IMG/VR virus record: IMGVR_UViG_3300020472_000114
Coordinates: 1-30,692 of that record
DNA from: a virus
Lineage: Duplodnaviria > Caudoviricetes
Reading direction: 5' to 3' (one strand)
Length of the DNA stretch: 30,692 nucleotides
The first letter of the stretch is position 1; every line of letters begins with the position of its first letter. Made by a program: the position numbers and the translations under genes. Shown here piece by piece: positions 1 through 8,235 of this stretch. The notes under the pieces are model-generated. The model was not told the origin of the DNA. It saw only the letters and a program-made list of their open reading frames with translations, and did no database searches.

Positions 1-214
1 CGTATTGTACACCAGGAGTCTTTGCATTATATACAAAGGTATAGAACTTTCCTACTTCAGGAATAGGTTCAACAGTTGTATTAAGAACTTCCATAATCTC
101 CAGCATCATATCTTCTGGATCATTTGTTCTATTGTTTAAGTCACTAAGGTATTGTCTGATACGATTATCTTCTTCTTGTTGTTCTAGTCCATCAAGTCCA
201 AAGGAGTCTGTCAT
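1..214 (-). CDS. gp2: gp2-like DNA end protector protein, 5' part (runs off the left edge)
   Basis: Not in the ORF track. Manual translation from the ATG at 214 gives MTDSFGLDGLEQQEEDNRIRQYLSDLNNRTNDPEDMMLEIMEVLNTTVEPIPEVGKFYTFVYNAKTPGVQY, open to the edge. 'GKFYTFVYxAKTP..Y' resembles T4-like gp2. It overlaps the gp4 stop (ATGA), and gp4-gp2 adjacency is typical. Confidence 0.7.
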   Translation of the reverse strand, partial: MTDSFGLDGLEQQEEDNRIRQYLSDLNNRTNDPEDMMLEIMEVLNTTVEPIPEVGKFYTFVYNAKTPGVQY

Positions 215-654
215 GATGCTACACCTAGTTCTCTTTCGGTAATAATTTTAAATTCAATTCTTTTATCTTTACACCATTCATTAGCTGCTTCCCATTTTGC
301 TTGGTTGGTAGCATAAGTTTTGCATTCGTAGAGATATGATTTGGACACCTGTTTTCTTTTCTTTGGAGGTTTGGTTTGTTTAAATGGTTTGACTTCAATC
401 ACATAGGTTTTAACTTTGCCACTATTCTCCTTTACTTTAATTATAAAATCTGGAAAGTACCTACGGGTCTTACCATCAGGAGCTCTATAAGGTATAAAGA
501 ACTCTTCACTTCCCCATTGTATAATGTTTTCATTTAGATCACAGTAACCACAGAATCGTTCTTCCCAAGAACTACGACAGATAATGTTTCTAACATCACC
601 TTTATATTTTTTTGGATTTTTGGGTTTGTAAATACTCTTCTTACTTTCTGGCAT
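211..654 (-). CDS. gp4: Head completion protein gp4 (TnsA-like PD-(D/E)xK fold)
   Basis: YKPKNPKKYKGD..IICRSSWE..FC..CD.N..I..WGSEE..IPY..RRYFPDF..VIEVKP..N.AKWEAA..W..F.IITE.EL is the recognisable T4 gp4 signature. Confidence 0.93.
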   Translation of the reverse strand: MPESKKSIYKPKNPKKYKGDVRNIICRSSWEERFCGYCDLNENIIQWGSEEFFIPYRAPDGKTRRYFPDFIIKVKENSGKVKTYVIEVKPFKQTKPPKKRKQVSKSYLYECKTYATNQAKWEAANEWCKDKRIEFKIITERELGVAS

Positions 655-684
655 ACATAATATATAATATAGTAAGTCAAATAT

Positions 685-691
685 TATTTAG
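685..691 (-). promoter_or_regulatory. Putative T4-type late promoter (CTAAATA) for gp4/gp2
   Basis: TATTTAG on + reads CTAAATA on -, about 30 nt upstream of the gp4 ATG. It matches the TATAAATA-type gp55 late consensus variant seen before other genes here. Confidence 0.6.
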
Positions 692-1567
692 ATGGCAAAG
701 CTGGGGGTAACACCAACCCATAAAAAGGTAGATGATATTAAGAAAACAATATTATCTCCCTCATTAACTCCTTACTTTGAGGTTCAATTTCCTGTACCAC
801 CATTTTTACAAGGATTGATGGGTGGTGATACAGATCCTAATAAGTATTTGACAATATTATGTACTGAAGCAGTATTACCAGGAAATAATTTAATAACATT
901 TAATGTAGATAATGATTACTCAGGTGTCACAGAGCAGATGCCTCATAGAAAAGTCTATGATCAGAAATTAAATTTAACTTTTTATGTTAATGCTGAAGGT
1001 GTTTCTTCATATTATCCTATAAGATTTTTTGAATCTTATATAGCATATATTGCAGGTGAAGATCCTAGTAAAGCAGCATCATTAGATAAGTTGAGAAATT
1101 CTAATTATTTTTATAGAATGACTTATCCTGATGCGTATATGGTAGATAGTCCTGGTTTACTTGTTAAAAAATTTGAGAAAGGTGAAGAATTTATTGCTCC
1201 TACACTTGCTGCTGAAGTAGATAGGGAGTTGACTTATGAATTTATTAGGACTTTTCCTACGGCTATTAATTCAATGCCATTATCATATGGCGATGCTCAA
1301 GTTTTAAAGTGTACAGTTACTTATTCTTATATAAGATATATTATGCATAATACATTTAAAGTAGATAGAACAGAACCTGTTCGTTCACCTCTAATACCAA
1401 GTGTTCCTGAACCTGTGGTAGAGGAAGATGGAGGTAATGGAGTGAATACGACTGGCGTTGCTGGAGATCCTACTACTACAGGTAATGAAGGTGAGGTAAT
1501 AACTCAGGAACAAATTGAGTCTATAAGTTTTTATGATGAGGATGGTAACTTTATAGGAGATCAATAA
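692..1567 (+). CDS. Tail-tube-fold baseplate protein (gp54-like tail tube initiator)
   Basis: LC.EA.LPG..T..G..E..P.R..YD..L.LTFYV and 'Y.F...FP.AINS..LSY....LKCTVT.SY' are gp19/gp54-family motifs. It lies divergent from gp4 and upstream of gp26, and has an acidic low-complexity C-terminal tail. Confidence 0.7.
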   Translation: MAKLGVTPTHKKVDDIKKTILSPSLTPYFEVQFPVPPFLQGLMGGDTDPNKYLTILCTEAVLPGNNLITFNVDNDYSGVTEQMPHRKVYDQKLNLTFYVNAEGVSSYYPIRFFESYIAYIAGEDPSKAASLDKLRNSNYFYRMTYPDAYMVDSPGLLVKKFEKGEEFIAPTLAAEVDRELTYEFIRTFPTAINSMPLSYGDAQVLKCTVTYSYIRYIMHNTFKVDRTEPVRSPLIPSVPEPVVEEDGGNGVNTTGVAGDPTTTGNEGEVITQEQIESISFYDEDGNFIGDQ

Positions 1568-1573
1568 AACCTA

Positions 1574-1580
1574 CTAAATA
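1574..1580 (+). promoter_or_regulatory. Putative late promoter (CTAAATA) upstream of gp26
   Basis: Intergenic CTAAATA about 30 nt before ATG 1610. Confidence 0.65.
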
Positions 1581-1609
1581 AAATACACTGACATTGTTAT
1601 AAGAATATC

Positions 1610-2332
1610 ATGCCTTTACCAAAGATTTCGACTCCGACATATGAGTTGGTACTACCTTCTACAGAAAAGCCTGTTAGGTTTAGACCTTTTTTAGTTAAAG
1701 AAGAAAAGGTTTTATTAATAGCTCTTGAAAGTGAAAATACAAAAGAAATTACTAATGCTATTAAAGCAGTAATTAAGAGTTGTGTTTTAACAAAGGGGAT
1801 TAAGGTTGAGACATTGCCAACTTTTGATATAGAGTATTTGTTTTTGAACATTCGTGGTAAGTCTGTAGGTGAGACTATTGAAGTTAATTTAATATGCCCT
1901 GATGATGAAGTTACTGAAGTTAAAAAGAATATTCCTATTGATGATATTAAAATTCAACGTACTGATGGACATACCAATCAGGTAAAACTTGATGATAATA
2001 TTATGATGGAATTGAAGTATCCTTCTCTAGAGCAATTCATTAAAAACAATTTTGATTTTAGTGAAGGTGCTAATCAGATGGATCAATCATTTGAATTGAT
2101 TGGAACATGTATTGATAAGATCTATACTGAAGAAGAAGTATGGGTTGCAGCTGATTGTACTAAGAAAGAGTTGAATGAGTTTCTTGAGTCAATGAATTCT
2201 GCTCAATTTAAAGAGATTGAAAATTTCTTTGAGACTATGCCTAAATTATCTCATACTATTAAGGTGAAGAATCCGAATACTAAAAAGGAAAGTGATGTGG
2301 TACTTGAAGGGTTAGCATCTTTTTTCGGTTAG
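1610..2332 (+). CDS. gp26: Baseplate hub assembly protein gp26
   Basis: MPLPKISTPTYELVLPST..VRFRPFLVKEEKVLLIALES..FDIEYLFLNIRGKSVGE..FFETMPKLSH..LEGLASFF is the T4-like gp26 signature. Confidence 0.92.
   Translation: MPLPKISTPTYELVLPSTEKPVRFRPFLVKEEKVLLIALESENTKEITNAIKAVIKSCVLTKGIKVETLPTFDIEYLFLNIRGKSVGETIEVNLICPDDEVTEVKKNIPIDDIKIQRTDGHTNQVKLDDNIMMELKYPSLEQFIKNNFDFSEGANQMDQSFELIGTCIDKIYTEEEVWVAADCTKKELNEFLESMNSAQFKEIENFFETMPKLSHTIKVKNPNTKKESDVVLEGLASFFG
2320..2326 (+). promoter_or_regulatory. Candidate -1 ribosomal frameshift slippery site T TTT TTC
   Basis: X XXY YYZ heptamer in the correct phase of gp26, one codon before its stop. The -1 frame is open into gp51. Confidence 0.6.
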
Positions 2333-2337
2333 CTCTG

Positions 2338-2514
2338 GTGCATTTGAGTCTTGAGGGTTACTTCAAACTTAATTTTTCGTTAATGCAATACCATAAATAT
2401 AGTTTGAGTGAGATTGAAAATATGATGCCTTGGGAGCGAGACATTTATGTGATACTTCTTCAACAACATCTTAAAGAAGAAGAACAAAAGCAAAAGCAAC
2501 AACAGAATGCCTAG
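2338..2514 (+). CDS. gp51: Baseplate hub assembly catalyst gp51 (start uncertain: GTG 2338, ATG 2383, or reached by -1 frameshift from gp26)
   Basis: Not in the ORF track. Manual translation gives VHLSLEGYFKLNFSLMQYHKYSLSEIENMMPWERDIYVILLQQHLKEEEQKQKQQQNA* with TAG at 2512-2514. NFxLMQYHKYSL.EIENM.PWER.IY is the cyanophage gp51 motif. Confidence 0.88.
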   Translation: MHLSLEGYFKLNFSLMQYHKYSLSEIENMMPWERDIYVILLQQHLKEEEQKQKQQQNA

Positions 2515-5500
2515 AACCTTATCTCTATTAGCAGTATTAAAGAAAGTTGATGCCAAGGGCGTAAAGTCCTTATCCAATGCTCAATGGGATACTTTTCTTG
2601 CGTCTGATACTGAACCAAATGAGATACAAGATAAGATTAAAAAGTTGGAAGGATATGATGAGAAGAGTGCTGCCTATGATACAACAGGAGAACTGATTGT
2701 TGAAGATAATCAGGCAATGATAGATCGGTTTAGTAAGAAGACTGGTCGTTCTAAGGGTAGACAATCTTTTAAGGTAAAGAAAACAAAAATAAATGTAGGA
2801 GATTTTTTAGGTAAGGATAGAACACCTGATAAGTCACCTGATAAATCACAGAATCCAGATATTAGTGGGATTTTTAATGATGATGAGGAGAAAGGTGATG
2901 TTGGCCCAAAAGGTATGGAAACCAAGGTGGGTAGATTATCACGTATAGTGAGAGATACTCGTGGTAGAGTATTAAAATTAGAGGAGGAAAATAAAAAGAA
3001 ACCAAATAAGAAATTAGTTACTGATGGATTAGATGAGACTGTAAGTTTAATTGCAGAGAAGGTAACATCTATAGAGGGTACTCTAAAGGAACAGTCAAAA
3101 ATTGAAGCAGAAAATGTAAAACTTAATAAACAGAAATTAGAAGATGAAGAGAGAGATAATGAAGAGAGTAGATTAGGAAAGGTAACAGGATTTTTAAAAG
3201 GTGCTGCTAAGAAAATCATTGCTCCTGTTCAAAGTATATTTGGTCAACTATTTGGTTTTATAAAAAGATTAATTTTAGGAAAGATACTTTTAAACATACT
3301 CAAATGGTTTGGTAATCCTGCTAATGCTGGTAAGATTGATAGCGTCGTTAAATTTTTTGGTAATAACTGGAAAAAATTATTAACTTTATATATTGTCTTT
3401 GGAACAGGTCTAGGTAGGTTTGTAAGATTTCTAACCAGAGTTGCAATAAAAGGTACAATTAAATTGGTTGCACTTGCTGCTCAACTGCTAGCTGCAAAGG
3501 GACTTAAAGGTGCTGGTAAACTTGCAGGATTGTTGGGTGGTCCAAAAGGTAAACTGTTAGGAACTGTTTTGCAAGTTGGTTCTACAGTTGCAATGACGGC
3601 AGGTGTTGGTAATATGTTTAGTGGTGGTGATGAAGAACCACAGAACTTTAATAAGGGTGGAAAGGTTCGTGGACAAGGCGATAGGGATACTGTTCCTGCT
3701 ATGCTAACTCCTGGTGAATTTGTTATGTCTAAGGGTGCTGTGCAGAAGTATGGTGTTGATACTATGGAAGGTATGAATGCTGCTGCTGGCGGAACAAATG
3801 TCCCAGTCTTGATGTCAAATAAGAAACGTAAGGGATATAATGATGGAGCATTGGTAGAAAAAGACGATGCTAATGTTCTTTCTCAAGAGGAGAAAGAATG
3901 GATTTTATCGGCCGTTAATAAAGAAAGAGCACTTTCAGGAAACATAGTTGCTGGAGATAAATTAGCACCTTTAACTACTGATTCTATAAAGTATTCAAAA
4001 GATGCTTCCATAATAAAGGGTAAAGGTAAAGAAGAAATTTTCGGTCCAGAAAAAGATGAAAAAATAGAGACTCATACAAATATGGAGACTATGGAGAGGA
4101 CTGTTATACACACACTTAACGGTGAAACTACCACTAAAACATATAAACTATCAAATGACCAAGCATCAGAATTTCTTGAGGAAAAGGGATACCCAGCTAT
4201 GGAATTGGCAGATGGGTCAATAGTTTTAGATGCTGCTGGATATGCATATGACAAAGCTCTAAAAGAAATCCAAAATGCTAGAGCAATGCTTGGGGAACAG
4301 TCACCTGAACTCCTTGCAGAATTTAATGCACAACCTGATGTGATAGCGATGGATAAAGGCATTGCAGATGGATCTTTGAGAAAGGAGATTGTAAGTAGCA
4401 TGAGAGTGCATCAGAGAGGCACGAAAGAAAATCTTATGCAGAAAAATATGAATAGGATATTGGAAATGGATGGTGATCAAGGTGTTGAGTTGAAGGAAAA
4501 TATGTTTAAGTCTACTTATAGTGAGACTACACATGAACGTACTAAGTATGCTGGTGGTGGATTAGTTCAAGGATTAAAGGGTGGTGGATTAGTTCTAGGA
4601 TATAATGGTGGTGGTTTAATTACAAAAAATAATCGTCTTAATATGTCTAAAGTGGATCTTAGTAAACTTCAAGGTGGATTAACAGATGATCAGTATAATA
4701 ATGTCTTAAGTAGTAGTCATCGTGAACAACTTAGGAGAGCTCAGGTTAAATATAATCTTAGACAAGATTTAAAAGAACAGAACAAAACACAGGAACCAGA
4801 ATCCTATGTGACTGAATCATCTATGAGTGAATCATTTGGAGATCAAAGTGATTTTTCCCTCAACAATTCATTGTCAACACCAATTAAGACACCAACACTA
4901 ACTGAGAAACCAACACCAAAATCTCAAGGTGGTGGATTCAAACGTATGGTTGGTGGTATAGCTGATCATATGACATATAATATGTTTGATTTTGATAAGA
5001 AAAGTGGTGGTGGTAATATAAGAAAAACTGCTAAGGCTGTTGGTGGAGCCGCTAAAGGAATAGGTAGTGGTCTTAAGAGAGGTATTGGTGGTTTTGCTGA
5101 TGCTATGACAGGTAATCTATTTGACTTTGATAACCGAAGTGGTGGTGGGTTACTAAGAAAAACTGCTAATGCTATCGGTGGATTGTTTGGTAAAGGTAAA
5201 GATGATAATTTGATAGGTAAAGGTGATAAGGTAATGGGTAAAGAACCGAAGATAGAAGAGATAAAAATTCCTGCTGAAAATCTTGAGAGTATTCTTATAA
5301 AAATATCCCGTAATCAGGATATTAAAACTCCCGTTGGTCAACCTTCATTGTCAGGACCAAAGATTACTGTGATTCCAGAAAATAAATCTATCAATACACC
5401 TACTGGTTCAGGACAGGCTGATGGTGGTAAATCTATTCCTAAATTTAGTGTTGGTTATGGGTCACCAAGAAAAATTAAGCAACTAGGAATATCAAGATAA
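2507..5500 (+). CDS. Tape-measure-like / baseplate hub-associated structural protein 1 (997 aa)
   Basis: Charged coiled-coil N-terminus, a hydrophobic amphipathic Gly/Ala/Lys segment, and FNKGGKVRGQGDRDTVPAMLTPGEFVMSKGAVQKYG, a motif typical of tape-measure proteins. It directly follows gp26/gp51. Confidence 0.65.
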   Translation: MPRTLSLLAVLKKVDAKGVKSLSNAQWDTFLASDTEPNEIQDKIKKLEGYDEKSAAYDTTGELIVEDNQAMIDRFSKKTGRSKGRQSFKVKKTKINVGDFLGKDRTPDKSPDKSQNPDISGIFNDDEEKGDVGPKGMETKVGRLSRIVRDTRGRVLKLEEENKKKPNKKLVTDGLDETVSLIAEKVTSIEGTLKEQSKIEAENVKLNKQKLEDEERDNEESRLGKVTGFLKGAAKKIIAPVQSIFGQLFGFIKRLILGKILLNILKWFGNPANAGKIDSVVKFFGNNWKKLLTLYIVFGTGLGRFVRFLTRVAIKGTIKLVALAAQLLAAKGLKGAGKLAGLLGGPKGKLLGTVLQVGSTVAMTAGVGNMFSGGDEEPQNFNKGGKVRGQGDRDTVPAMLTPGEFVMSKGAVQKYGVDTMEGMNAAAGGTNVPVLMSNKKRKGYNDGALVEKDDANVLSQEEKEWILSAVNKERALSGNIVAGDKLAPLTTDSIKYSKDASIIKGKGKEEIFGPEKDEKIETHTNMETMERTVIHTLNGETTTKTYKLSNDQASEFLEEKGYPAMELADGSIVLDAAGYAYDKALKEIQNARAMLGEQSPELLAEFNAQPDVIAMDKGIADGSLRKEIVSSMRVHQRGTKENLMQKNMNRILEMDGDQGVELKENMFKSTYSETTHERTKYAGGGLVQGLKGGGLVLGYNGGGLITKNNRLNMSKVDLSKLQGGLTDDQYNNVLSSSHREQLRRAQVKYNLRQDLKEQNKTQEPESYVTESSMSESFGDQSDFSLNNSLSTPIKTPTLTEKPTPKSQGGGFKRMVGGIADHMTYNMFDFDKKSGGGNIRKTAKAVGGAAKGIGSGLKRGIGGFADAMTGNLFDFDNRSGGGLLRKTANAIGGLFGKGKDDNLIGKGDKVMGKEPKIEEIKIPAENLESILIKISRNQDIKTPVGQPSLSGPKITVIPENKSINTPTGSGQADGGKSIPKFSVGYGSPRKIKQLGISR

Positions 5501-5501
5501 G

Positions 5502-8234
5502 ATGGCAATATTAAAAGCACTTCCAGGAGCACCAGATTTTAAAGCACTTCCAGGATCAGCGAAGGTTAATGGGGAACCTGTTAAACGCAAACTTATTCAA
5601 ATAAAAAGATCTGTTATTAATCTTGATAAGTTTTTTAGTAAAAGAAATGAAGCTGCGAAAAAGCAAAATGAAATTTTTAGAAAACAAAAACAAAATTTTA
5701 AAAGAAGAAATAAAGAGGATAAGTTAGAAAAACCTAAGCAGGAATGGAAGAAAATAATTCCTAAGAAAGTTCCTGGTTTAAGTTTCTTTGATAGTATTAG
5801 AAAATTTGTTGTTGGATGGATAGTAGGATTCGTTGCAATTAAATTAATACCATTATTACCTAAGTTAATTCCTGTTATTCTTCAGTTGGGTAAGGTTGTT
5901 AATTGGTTTATTAATATTGGTGGTGCTTTTCTGAGTGGGATTATATCTTTTGTAGATTTTGGTATCAAAGCTCAAGAAAAAACTTATGGATTCATAAAGT
6001 CTATTGGTGGTGAAGGAGTTGCTAATGCTCTGGCAGGGTTTGCTAAAGCATTTGGAACAGCTCTTGATCTTATGTTATTAGTTGGTGGATTGACCATTGC
6101 TGAAGCAATGTCTGGTGATAGTGGATTAGGTAGTTTGTTTGGTGGAGGCCCTAAACCTAAAGGACCAGCAAATAATATTAGAAAATTTAGTAGAGCAGGT
6201 GCTCTATCAAAAACTGCCACGAAAACGGGGGGTAGATTTGGAAGATCTGCACTAACAAATTTAGGAAGAAAGGGTCTTGTTAAAGTTTTAGGTAAGGGTG
6301 GTACTAAAACATTTTTAAAGTTAACTAAGAATTTTATAAGTCCTATTATAAAAAGAATTCCTCTGATAGGAGCTCTTGCTGATTTTGCTTTAAATGTATT
6401 TGTATTTAAAGAATCTCCTGGAAAATCAGCATTTAAAGCTATTGGTGCAGGTTTAGGAGCATGGTTGGTAGGTGCTCTTGCTAGTATAGTTCCTGGTGCA
6501 GGAACTTTAATTGGTGCTGTCTTAGGTGGTCTTGCTGGTGATGCATTAGGTGGATTGATATATGATATGGTTTTTGATGAGAAGGATAATACTAGTAGTA
6601 GACCTGAAGAACGTAAGAAAGATAAAAAAGATAAAGGTGTAATAGGGTCTACAGTAACTGGAGGAGTAGCAGGTACAAGTAGGGTTTTAAAGACAGGAAC
6701 TAAAAAACTTGCAAAGGAAACTGTTGAAACAGGAACTAAAAAACTTGCAAAGGAAACTGTTGAAGCAGGTGCTAAAAAAGTTGCTCAGGAAGGGGGTGAA
6801 AAGTTATTAAAAGGTGGTACAAAAAAGGTAGTAAAGGCAGGAGCTAAAGCAGCATTAAAATCTTCTAAGAATCTTATTAGTCCTATAGTTAAGAAGATTC
6901 CTTTCATAGGAGCATTACTTGATTTTGCTTTAAATTATTTTGTATTTAAAGAACCACTAGGAAGATCTGCATTTATGGCAATAGGTGCTGGTGTTGGTGC
7001 ATGGTTAGGTGGTTTGCTTGGTACATTCTTCGGACCAGGTCTTGGTACTGCTATTGGTGCTTTCGCAGGTGGTATTGGTGGTGATATGTTAGGTGGTGCA
7101 ATTTATGATATGGTTTTTGGTGGTAAGACAGAAAAAGCAACTAGTGAGCCAGAATCAGCACTTAGTACATCAGAGAGTGGGAAAAAAATATCTGAAACAA
7201 AATCAAAAGTAAGTGATAAACCTCAAGGAATAATGAGAGGTATTGCAGGTGCTGCTGATTTTGCTACATTCGGTATGTTTGATTTTGATAAGCAGAATCG
7301 TGAGGGAGCACCAAAAGATTCTGGTATTCGTAGAATTGCAGGAGGACTAGCTGATTATGCAACATTTGGTCTTACTGATTTTGATAAGAGAGGTGCTGGT
7401 GTTATGCAATTTGATCCTATAAGTGGTGGTAAAGATAAGGCATGGGGTGCTGCTAATGAGCAAGCAAAGAGAGGAGAGAAGCAATCTGGTATGGGAATCA
7501 AGAGAGGGATTGGTGGAGCATTAGACTTTGCTACATTCGGTATGTTTGATTTTGATAAACAGAATCGTAAGGGAGCACCAAAGGGTTTTGGAATTAAAAG
7601 GATTGTTGGTGGACTTGCTGATTTTGTTACTGCTGGTGCGACTGATTTTGATAAGAGAGGTACTGGTATTGGTCAAATGAATTTGGGTGAGAAGATGTCA
7701 AAGAAAAAGGCATATGAAAAGTATCTGAATAGTGATAGTTATAAGAATAGGAGGAGGAATATTACTAATCTTACTACACATCCATTAGATCGTAAGATGG
7801 TATTTGGGAATGTTAATGATGGAAAACCTATAAGTCAGAGGGAACTATATGCATTAGCTAAAAGTGGAGACCCAGAGGCTATTAAAATTGTAGAAGGTAT
7901 GAAACAGATGGATACTGGAGAGGGAAGTTACACTTGGAATAAGGAAACAACATTTTCAAATAATCAGGGATCAACTACTTCTAAAGAATCATATAGTAGT
8001 GATACTGGAGATGAGAGTACTGATTTGAAACTTGGTAAGCAACTAGTAAAATTTGATGAAGAGTTGTTAGGTATCAGTGCATCCTATGAAGCGGATGGTA
8101 GTCAGAAAGAGTATACAATTTATGCTCCTACCACTCAGATAAATATGTTACCAGGTAATAACTCTGGTCAGGTAGTTACTAGTGGAGCATCAGGTTCTTC
8201 TGAAGATCCATATGAAATTTTAGAAAAAGGATAA
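5502..8234 (+). CDS. Tape-measure-like structural protein 2 (910 aa)
   Basis: Basic N-terminus, hydrophobic helices, two glycine-zipper blocks (IGAGLGAWLVGAL..IGAVLGGLAGDALGG) and ADFATFGMFDFDK repeats shared with the upstream ORF. Confidence 0.6.
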   Translation: MAILKALPGAPDFKALPGSAKVNGEPVKRKLIQIKRSVINLDKFFSKRNEAAKKQNEIFRKQKQNFKRRNKEDKLEKPKQEWKKIIPKKVPGLSFFDSIRKFVVGWIVGFVAIKLIPLLPKLIPVILQLGKVVNWFINIGGAFLSGIISFVDFGIKAQEKTYGFIKSIGGEGVANALAGFAKAFGTALDLMLLVGGLTIAEAMSGDSGLGSLFGGGPKPKGPANNIRKFSRAGALSKTATKTGGRFGRSALTNLGRKGLVKVLGKGGTKTFLKLTKNFISPIIKRIPLIGALADFALNVFVFKESPGKSAFKAIGAGLGAWLVGALASIVPGAGTLIGAVLGGLAGDALGGLIYDMVFDEKDNTSSRPEERKKDKKDKGVIGSTVTGGVAGTSRVLKTGTKKLAKETVETGTKKLAKETVEAGAKKVAQEGGEKLLKGGTKKVVKAGAKAALKSSKNLISPIVKKIPFIGALLDFALNYFVFKEPLGRSAFMAIGAGVGAWLGGLLGTFFGPGLGTAIGAFAGGIGGDMLGGAIYDMVFGGKTEKATSEPESALSTSESGKKISETKSKVSDKPQGIMRGIAGAADFATFGMFDFDKQNREGAPKDSGIRRIAGGLADYATFGLTDFDKRGAGVMQFDPISGGKDKAWGAANEQAKRGEKQSGMGIKRGIGGALDFATFGMFDFDKQNRKGAPKGFGIKRIVGGLADFVTAGATDFDKRGTGIGQMNLGEKMSKKKAYEKYLNSDSYKNRRRNITNLTTHPLDRKMVFGNVNDGKPISQRELYALAKSGDPEAIKIVEGMKQMDTGEGSYTWNKETTFSNNQGSTTSKESYSSDTGDESTDLKLGKQLVKFDEELLGISASYEADGSQKEYTIYAPTTQINMLPGNNSGQVVTSGASGSSEDPYEILEKG
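6693..6764 (+). repeat. Perfect 36-bp tandem duplication (TGTKKLAKETVE x2)
   Basis: ACAGGAACTAAAAAACTTGCAAAGGAAACTGTTGAA at 6693-6728 and 6729-6764, followed by degenerate copies (AGAKKVAQE, GGTKKVVK). Confidence 0.95.
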
Positions 8235-8235
8235 T

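Noticed and set aside
211-654. TnsA-like nuclease as a transposon or homing endonuclease
   Set aside because: Sequence and context match the core T4 head completion protein gp4.
2380-2577. 65-aa minus-strand ORF with a poly-Leu/Phe stretch
   Set aside because: It is the antisense reading of the Gln/Lys/Glu-rich gp51 C-terminus.
5510-5556. AAAGCACTTCCAGGA repeated twice (KALPG x2) at the start of the 910-aa gene
   Set aside because: Real but short in-frame microduplication with no evidence of separate function.
6693-6764. 36-bp direct repeat as a possible CRISPR array
   Set aside because: No spacer, in-frame coding duplication, and no cas genes.
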